DNA of 12,161 bases from Elusimicrobiota bacterium. Lineage in GTDB: Bacteria; Elusimicrobiota; Elusimicrobia; Elusimicrobiales; UBA9959. The translations under genes were made by a program, and so were the position numbers. Under the pieces are notes generated by a model. The model saw only the letters and a program-made list of their open reading frames with translations. It made no database searches and was not told the DNA's origin. The first letter of the stretch is position 1. Every line of letters begins with the position of its first letter. The stretch lies in assembly GCA_036574205.1 (NCBI GenBank), contig JAINCQ010000019.1:1-12161 (forward strand). The letters run 5' to 3'. Below, piece after piece: positions 6,434-12,161 of the stretch.

Positions 6434-8554
6434 ATGAATATAGCAGTTTTCGCATCAGGTAAAGGGAGCAATTTCAAAAATCTTGTGGAACTTGAAAAAA
6501 TAGGTTATTTAAAAGGAAAAATAAAATTATTAATTACAAATAAAGATGTTGAAGCACTTGATATAGCTAAAAAACATAATATAGAAAATGAAATTATTTC
6601 ACCATTAAATTTTAATGATAACAAAGATTATGAAATATATCTGATAAACAAATTAAAATCTAAAAAGATTGATTTAGTAGTTTTAGCCGGCTATATTAAA
6701 AAGTTACCTGAAAAATTTGTAACAGAATATAATGGCAAAATTATAAACATTCATCCAGCTATTCTTCCATCATTTGGAGGAAAAGGATTTTATGGAGAAA
6801 AGGTTCATAAAGCGGTTCTGGAAAAAGGGGTTAAGATAAGTGGAATAACCATTCACTTTGTAAACTCAAATTATGATGAAGGTCCCATAATATTACAGAA
6901 AACCATAGCTATCACCCCCAATGATAATATTGAAACCATACAACAGAAAATACATAAATTAGAATATTTTTACTATCCTTTTGTAATAAATATGATATCT
7001 GATGGAATAATTGAATTGAAAGAAAATAAAGTAAAAATAGCAACAAAACCTTCGACCTCAAAGCACGCGCTAATATCTGTTTCAGACAAAGAAAATATAG
7101 TTAATGTTGCAAAAAAAATTAATGAAAAAGGGTATTTGATAATTTCAACTGGTGGGACATATAAACTTCTGGATGAAAACGGCCTTAAAGTTATCCCCAT
7201 TGACTCCATAACTGGATTCACCGAAATACTTGATGGAAGAGTAAAAACATTAAACAATCTCATTTTCGGTGGGATACTTGGGATTAAAAACAACCCCTCT
7301 CATATTAAAGAAATGAACGAAAATTTTATTCCAAACATAAATATAGTAATAGCAAATTTATATCCATTTAAAGAAGCAAGTATAAAATATGAAAGTTTTT
7401 CCCCTCAGTTAATTGAAAATATAGATATTGGAGGAGTTTCACTTATAAGGGCGAGCGCAAAAAATTATGAAAATGTGTTAATTATAACTGATAAATCAGA
7501 TTACCAAAAACTCATTAATGAAATAGATAATCCTGCAATTGAATTTAGAAAAGAGCTTTCAGTAAAGGCTTTTAAACACACCTATGAATACGATAAAATG
7601 ATATATGAAAAACTTTCAGGCAAACAGAATCTATCAATAGAAATTAAAAAAATTTTAGATTTAAGATATGGAGAAAACCCTCATCAAAAATCTTCCCTTT
7701 ATAGCTTAAAAGAGAAAATGCCATTTGATCAACTATGGGGGAAAGAATTATCCTACAATAATATTCTTGATGCATATGGCAGCTGGCAGGCAGTCTGCGA
7801 GTTTGATAAACCGGCATGTGTTATATTTAAACACGCTACACCCTGCGGGATAGCAATAAACAATGATTTGAATACAGCTTTTGAAAAAGCTTACAACTCA
7901 GATCCTCTATCAGCTTTTGGAGGTATAATAGCAGTTAATGGAAAAATAACCTCCACCATGGCAAAGTTCTTAAGCGATAAGTTTGTTGAAATAATATCCG
8001 CATGGGAATTTGACCAGAATGCTCTGGAAATTTTAAAGAAAAAAAAGAATTTAAGGTTACTTAAATGGAATACTGACATAAGAGAAACAAAAATCTATAA
8101 ATCTCTGGGATGTGAATTTCTAATCTCAGATCCCGATAATAAAATACTTGGAGAAAACTGGAATATTGTAAACGGTGAAATAAACGAAAAAGAAAAGGAA
8201 GCGCTTGTTTTTGCTTTTACCTGTGTAAAACATGTAAGATCAAATGCTATAGTTTTAAGCGGACCAGATTATACCGTTGGCATAGGAGCAGGTCAGATGT
8301 CAAGGATTGATGCAGTTTTTATGGCAGAGTATAAATATAGAGAATATTTAAAAACGAATAAAAAACCAGAGATCTTAGTTATGGCATCAGACGCTTTCTT
8401 CCCTTTTCCAGATTCAATTATAAAAGCAAAAGAAATTGGAGTAAGCGCAATTATACAACCAGGTGGATCTGTAAAAGACGATGAGGTAATAGAAAAAGCA
8501 AAAGAACTTGGTATAAAAATGGTTTTAACAGGAATAAGGCATTTTAAACATTAA
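6434..8554 (+). CDS. purN-purH: Fused PurN (GAR transformylase) and PurH (IMP cyclohydrolase/AICAR transformylase)
   Basis: aa 1 to ~190: IAVFASGKGSN, VLAGY, NIHPAILP, YDEGPII (PurN). From aa 210: ALISVSDK, STGGT, DGRVKT, NLYPF, IDIGG, LRYGENPHQ, SYNN, KH, GAGQMSR, ASDAFFPF, QPGGS, RHFKH (PurH). Single uninterrupted ORF. Confidence 0.96.
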   Translation: MNIAVFASGKGSNFKNLVELEKIGYLKGKIKLLITNKDVEALDIAKKHNIENEIISPLNFNDNKDYEIYLINKLKSKKIDLVVLAGYIKKLPEKFVTEYNGKIINIHPAILPSFGGKGFYGEKVHKAVLEKGVKISGITIHFVNSNYDEGPIILQKTIAITPNDNIETIQQKIHKLEYFYYPFVINMISDGIIELKENKVKIATKPSTSKHALISVSDKENIVNVAKKINEKGYLIISTGGTYKLLDENGLKVIPIDSITGFTEILDGRVKTLNNLIFGGILGIKNNPSHIKEMNENFIPNINIVIANLYPFKEASIKYESFSPQLIENIDIGGVSLIRASAKNYENVLIITDKSDYQKLINEIDNPAIEFRKELSVKAFKHTYEYDKMIYEKLSGKQNLSIEIKKILDLRYGENPHQKSSLYSLKEKMPFDQLWGKELSYNNILDAYGSWQAVCEFDKPACVIFKHATPCGIAINNDLNTAFEKAYNSDPLSAFGGIIAVNGKITSTMAKFLSDKFVEIISAWEFDQNALEILKKKKNLRLLKWNTDIRETKIYKSLGCEFLISDPDNKILGENWNIVNGEINEKEKEALVFAFTCVKHVRSNAIVLSGPDYTVGIGAGQMSRIDAVFMAEYKYREYLKTNKKPEILVMASDAFFPFPDSIIKAKEIGVSAIIQPGGSVKDDEVIEKAKELGIKMVLTGIRHFKH

Positions 8555-8569
8555 AAAAATTTTTTTATT

Positions 8570-8597
8570 TGCTATAATAATTAGAAGAGGGGACTAT
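8570..8597 (+). promoter_or_regulatory. Extended -10 promoter and G-rich RBS of the response regulator operon
   Basis: TG-C-TATAAT at 8570-8578. AGAGGGG RBS at 8586-8592 before ATG 8600/8603. Confidence 0.6.
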
Positions 8598-8599
8598 AT

Positions 8600-9292
8600 A
8601 TGATGAGTTGTAATGTTTTGATTGTAGATGATGACAAAGACTTCCTTGAAATAACTTCGCGTTATTTGAGAAATAATAATTTTATTGTTTTCTCCGCTCA
8701 GAACGTTAAAGAAGCCCTAACAATACTTAGCAAAAAAAAGATTCAACTGATTATAAGCGATGTTGATATGCCAGGAATAAACGGATTTGAATTTTTGAAA
8801 AGCGTAAGAGAATCCAGAAGATATTCAAATATCCCATTTATTTTAATGTCAGGCAAAAAGATAACGGAATTGGATATGCTTGAAGGATACAATAAGGGAA
8901 GTGATGATTATATTATAAAACCTTTTTCCTTTCCGTTGCTTATAGCAAAGATTAAAAATATTCTTAAAAGAGCCGGGGTCTGCGAAAATGGGAAGATTAT
9001 AAGGATTTCAGATATGGAAATAGATGTCTCTGCAAAAAGCGTATCCGTAGGCAAGAAAAAGGTAATGCTTACAAAAAAGGAGTTTGAACTTTTATTAACA
9101 CTTGCAAAAAATAAAAATAATGTTTTTTCCCCAAGCCAGCTTCTTGAAATCGTCTGGGGATATGATACAACAAAAATAGATGACCCACATACTGTAGAAA
9201 CCCATATATCAAGCCTGAGAAAAAAACTTGGAACCAAAATATCAAAAAAAATAAAAAATATTTCAGGCTATGGTTATAAATTTGAATTATGA
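8600..9292 (+). CDS. OmpR/PhoB-family response regulator (receiver plus winged helix)
   Basis: LIVDDD, phospho-acceptor Asp in ISDVDMPG, DDYIIKPF, LTKKEFELL, HTVETHISSLRKKL, GYGYKF. Confidence 0.95.
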   Translation: MMSCNVLIVDDDKDFLEITSRYLRNNNFIVFSAQNVKEALTILSKKKIQLIISDVDMPGINGFEFLKSVRESRRYSNIPFILMSGKKITELDMLEGYNKGSDDYIIKPFSFPLLIAKIKNILKRAGVCENGKIIRISDMEIDVSAKSVSVGKKKVMLTKKEFELLLTLAKNKNNVFSPSQLLEIVWGYDTTKIDDPHTVETHISSLRKKLGTKISKKIKNISGYGYKFEL

Positions 9293-10767
9293 AACCAAAA
9301 CCATGTGAAGATATATTAAGGAATTACCTTCTCTCAAAAAATCCAGACTTTGCTTCAATATCCACTGAAATATTAAAAATCATAAAAAGAGAAACTGAAA
9401 GCCCTTATGGTTTTGTGGGATATATAGATGAAAAAACCAAAAATCTTATAGTTCCAACACTCTCCTATGATGTATGGGATATCTGCAGGATGAAAAAAAA
9501 GACCACATCTTTCTCAAAATTTGACAATCTTTTTGGATGGGCAATATTAAACAAAAAGCCGGTATTGGTAAATGACGTTTCCAAAGACAAAAGGGCAAAA
9601 GGTGTTCCAAATGGGCATATAAAAATAGAAAGATTTCTTGCAGCGCCAGCATTAATTAGAAACGAAACCGTAGGAATACTTGCAACGGCAAACAAAAAAG
9701 ATCCATATAGCGATGAAGATCTTAAAAAACTTTCAGATATATCAAACATCTACGCCATAATAGCATATCATCTAACAAGAATAAAAAAAATAGAGGAATA
9801 CCAGAACCTTATAACACAGATTCTTGAAAGATCAAGGGATATAATATATGTCATAAATAAAAAAGGCATAATAGAATATGTAAACGATAGGATAAAAGAT
9901 TATGGATATAAGAAAAATGAAATAATAGGACATATAACTTTTGAGTTTGCTCATCCAGATGATATCCCCCTTCTTACAAAGGCACTTAAAAAAGCGTTTA
10001 AAACGGGAAAAACATCCAGGGCACTCCAGTACAGACTGAGAAAAAAGGATGGGAGTTACTTTGAAGCTGATCAAAAATCAGCCATGATATTTGAAAATGG
10101 CAAACCTTCTAAAATTGTCGGAACGATAAGAGATGTAACGGAGGAAAGAAGACTTCAAAAAGAAATTCAACAATCAAATGAATTATTAAACAAAATATTT
10201 GATTCGGCAAAAGATGCTATATTTGTCAAGGATTTTAATGGAAATTATATAAAGGCAAATAAAGCCTGCGCAAAAGTTTTTAAATTAAATCCACAAAATG
10301 TGGTTGGTAAAAATGATATTGAACTATTTGGCAAAGAAGTAGCGGATGAACTTCAAAAGATAGAGCAAAAAGTCAGAGAGGGCAAAGTTGCTGAAAACAC
10401 ATATGAAAGAATAGTTAAAGGAAGAAAATTTATTTTTAATACGATAAAAGTCCCTTTAAAGGATGAGCAAGGGAAAATAAGATTTTTGCTTGGCATAGGG
10501 CGGGATATAACAAAACTAAGAAAGCTTGAAAGGGAGATGACGCTAATGAAAGCCAGAGAGAGCGTAACACGCGAAACAGATCGTTTTGCACATGATGTAA
10601 ATAATATACTTTCCATAATAGCGGGATACACCTCACTTATAGAAGAGGAAATTATAAAAAACAGAAATTTGCTTAAAGAGATAAAGATGATAAGGAAATC
10701 AGTCAATAGAATAAATAAAGTCACAAGCCATTTCAGAAAAAAAACAAAAACCATAGTAAAAAATTAG
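9289..10767 (+). CDS. Cytoplasmic GAF-PAS-PAS-HisKA sensor protein lacking the HATPase_c domain
   Basis: GAF (NDVSKDKRAKGVPNGH..RFLAAP), PAS/PAC (AHPDD..YRLRKKDGSY..RDVTE), second PAS (DAIFVKD..ANKA..GKNDIELF..RDIT), H-box AHDVNNIL (His435). Stops 57 aa later. ATGA overlap with the regulator. Confidence 0.85.
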   Translation: MKPKPCEDILRNYLLSKNPDFASISTEILKIIKRETESPYGFVGYIDEKTKNLIVPTLSYDVWDICRMKKKTTSFSKFDNLFGWAILNKKPVLVNDVSKDKRAKGVPNGHIKIERFLAAPALIRNETVGILATANKKDPYSDEDLKKLSDISNIYAIIAYHLTRIKKIEEYQNLITQILERSRDIIYVINKKGIIEYVNDRIKDYGYKKNEIIGHITFEFAHPDDIPLLTKALKKAFKTGKTSRALQYRLRKKDGSYFEADQKSAMIFENGKPSKIVGTIRDVTEERRLQKEIQQSNELLNKIFDSAKDAIFVKDFNGNYIKANKACAKVFKLNPQNVVGKNDIELFGKEVADELQKIEQKVREGKVAENTYERIVKGRKFIFNTIKVPLKDEQGKIRFLLGIGRDITKLRKLEREMTLMKARESVTRETDRFAHDVNNILSIIAGYTSLIEEEIIKNRNLLKEIKMIRKSVNRINKVTSHFRKKTKTIVKN

Positions 10768-10779
10768 AAGACCTAAAGA

Positions 10780-10809
10780 CAGTTTTTGAAAAAAAACTGA
10801 ATTTTTTTT
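10780..10809 (+). terminator. Putative weak intrinsic terminator of the regulator/sensor operon
   Basis: CAGTTTTT-GAAA-AAAAACTG (10780-10799), 12 nt after the stop, followed by T8 (10802-10809). The stem is AT-rich. Confidence 0.45.
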
Positions 10810-10836
10810 GAATATATTTGTCTAAAATATTATTAT
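10808..10836 (+). promoter_or_regulatory. Sigma70-like promoter in the convergent intergenic region
   Basis: TTGAAT (10808-10813), 17 nt, TATTAT (10831-10836). No plus-strand protein gene downstream. Confidence 0.45.
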
Positions 10837-10841
10837 GAAGG

Positions 10842-10956
10842 GTTCTCTTAAACAGGTTTAAAAAATTTAAAACCAGCGTTGCATATGCACCCCCCTAATC
10901 CCAAATCCCAAACATAGTCCCCAAACCCCCCAAGCTATGTAACGCTGGTTTTTTTA
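10842..10956 (+). ncRNA. Candidate C-rich small RNA (long hairpin with C-tract loop); at minimum a bidirectional terminator-like inverted repeat
   Basis: AAAACCAGCGTTGCATA (10869-10885) pairs with TATGTAACGCTGGTTTT (10936-10952), with one G-U on the plus strand. The ~50-nt loop has C6, C3, C3, C4 and C6 tracts. Ends in a U-run. Promoter upstream. Confidence 0.5.
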
Positions 10957-11028
10957 TTTTCATGGAAACCCTTAAATTAAATGATTTAGCATTATGTTTG
11001 AGTATAAGCATAAATTATTAATAAAAAC

Positions 11029-12024
11029 TTACCCCTCAATTACATAATTGAATATAAGGGGAGCAACTATTGTCGCATCACTTTCAATAACAAATCTCGG
11101 CGTATCAGTGTCAAGCTTTCCCCATGTTATTTTTTCATTTGGAATAGCGCCAGAGTATGAACCAAAACTTGTTATGCTGTCTGATATCTGACAAAAATAA
11201 CTCCATGTTTTCACATTTTTCTTCAAATCGTAGTTTAGCATTGGAACCACACATATTGCAAAATCTCCAGCTATCCCTCCGCCTATTTGATTATTTCGTC
11301 TGACATTTTCAAGATACCACTGAGAAAGAGACATCATATACTCCAACCCGCTCTTGATAACAGAAGGAGATATTTCCTTTTTGATGCAATGCGCTGCAAA
11401 GACATTACCAAGAGTAGAATCTTCCCAGCCAGGAACAAATACAGGGATATTTTTTTCAGCCGCAGCAACAAGCCAGCTGTTAGACGGATTTATCTGATAC
11501 TCTTTCTCAAAATCACCTTCAATTATAGCCTCATACAAAAACTCATGAGGAAATTTCCTCTCGCCTTTTTCTTCAGCTTTCTTCCATCTTTCAAAAATTT
11601 TATCCTGAACTTTATACATTACATCCTCAGGAATACATGTGTCTGTAACCCTACTGTATTTTTTATCAAGAATTCTCTTCTCATCCTGCGAGGTAAGATC
11701 CCTGTAATCGGGAAGAATAATATAATCGTTATTGCCAATAAGATTGAATAAATCTTCTTCAAGATTGGCGCCCGTGCAGGAAATAGCATGTATTTTGTTT
11801 TTTCTTATCATCTCAGCCAGGCTTATTCCAAGCTCGGCAGTGCTCATAGCACCAGCCATTGCAAGAAACATTATCCCGCCATCATCAATATGTTTTTTGA
11901 AAGCCCTGGCCGCATTTTTTAAGGCAAGAGCATTGAAATGTCTATAATTTAATTCTATAAACTCAGATATCTTTCTATTAGTTTTAGATTTTCCTTTTTT
12001 AAGAAAAGTTGTTTCTTTCTCCAT
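11029..12024 (-). CDS. Deoxyhypusine synthase-like protein (bacterial DHS/SpeY-like family)
   Basis: 331 aa. YRHFNA, LAMAGAMSTAELG, SCTGANLEED, RVTDTCIPE, PGWEDSTLGN, QIGGGIAGDF, SYSGAIPNEKITWGK (catalytic Lys), ESDATIVAPL. G7 RBS at 12031-12037. Confidence 0.92.
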   Translation of the reverse strand: MEKETTFLKKGKSKTNRKISEFIELNYRHFNALALKNAARAFKKHIDDGGIMFLAMAGAMSTAELGISLAEMIRKNKIHAISCTGANLEEDLFNLIGNNDYIILPDYRDLTSQDEKRILDKKYSRVTDTCIPEDVMYKVQDKIFERWKKAEEKGERKFPHEFLYEAIIEGDFEKEYQINPSNSWLVAAAEKNIPVFVPGWEDSTLGNVFAAHCIKKEISPSVIKSGLEYMMSLSQWYLENVRRNNQIGGGIAGDFAICVVPMLNYDLKKNVKTWSYFCQISDSITSFGSYSGAIPNEKITWGKLDTDTPRFVIESDATIVAPLIFNYVIEG

Positions 12025-12069
12025 TACACTCCCCCCCTGTCAACTCATCTAAGAATGTAACCATATTAG

Positions 12070-12124
12070 TTATCCACATGAATAGTTTTTGTGTGTGCCA
12101 ATAATCTCATAATTCTGTGGATAA
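12070..12124. promoter_or_regulatory. Two perfect DnaA boxes in opposite orientation
   Basis: TTATCCACA at 12070-12078 (+) and TGTGGATAA at 12116-12124 (TTATCCACA on the minus strand). Confidence 0.7.
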
Positions 12125-12161
12125 TTACTAATATTTTTTATATTAGAAAGATCTTTTAATA

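Noticed and set aside
10737..10811. Programmed frameshift restoring a full histidine kinase
   Set aside because: A-runs are present, but the -1 frame stops at 10811 and no HATPase motifs exist before the convergent gene.
10895..10915. Minus-strand mini-ORF MFGIWD preceded by G-runs; also plus-strand MKGSLKQV at 10835-10861
   Set aside because: Only 6-8 codons. The nearest G-run is 3 nt from the ATG in the first, and the second starts within the predicted -10 with no RBS.
2131..11947. Other short ORFs in the track (2131, 4685, 6077, 6973, 7891, 8908, 9446, 9465, 9832, 10353, 10436, 11287, 11732)
   Set aside because: All lie fully antisense within well-supported genes and have the F/I/S/L-rich composition expected from reverse-complemented A-rich codons. 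No recognisable motifs.

Overview
AT-rich bacterial chromosomal segment (genetic code 11; TGA is used as a stop) with nine credible CDSs. Left, minus strand: a coupled pair of a transglutaminase-like cysteine protease and an enolase-superfamily dipeptide epimerase, followed by a separately promoted, secreted YkuD_2-type murein L,D-transpeptidase with a long acidic N-terminal extension. Centre, plus strand: purM, a secreted class-A-beta-lactamase-fold serine hydrolase, and a purN-purH fusion; then an OmpR-type response regulator coupled to a GAF-PAS-PAS-HisKA protein with no ATPase domain. Right, minus strand: a deoxyhypusine-synthase-like gene that appears to lack a conserved 'GFF' strand, with two perfect DnaA boxes upstream. 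The most unusual non-coding signals are (i) a ~115-nt promoter-to-U-tract unit at 10.81-10.96 kb, where a 17-bp stem presents a C-rich loop with a 9-nt exact complement to the response regulator's ribosome-binding site (candidate anti-SD sRNA), and (ii) a densely palindromic region at 14-265 that includes four DnaA-box-like 9-mers at exact 11-bp spacing. I saw no rRNA, tRNA, CRISPR array, transposase or integrase. Protein calls rest on motif recognition from memory, not database searches.
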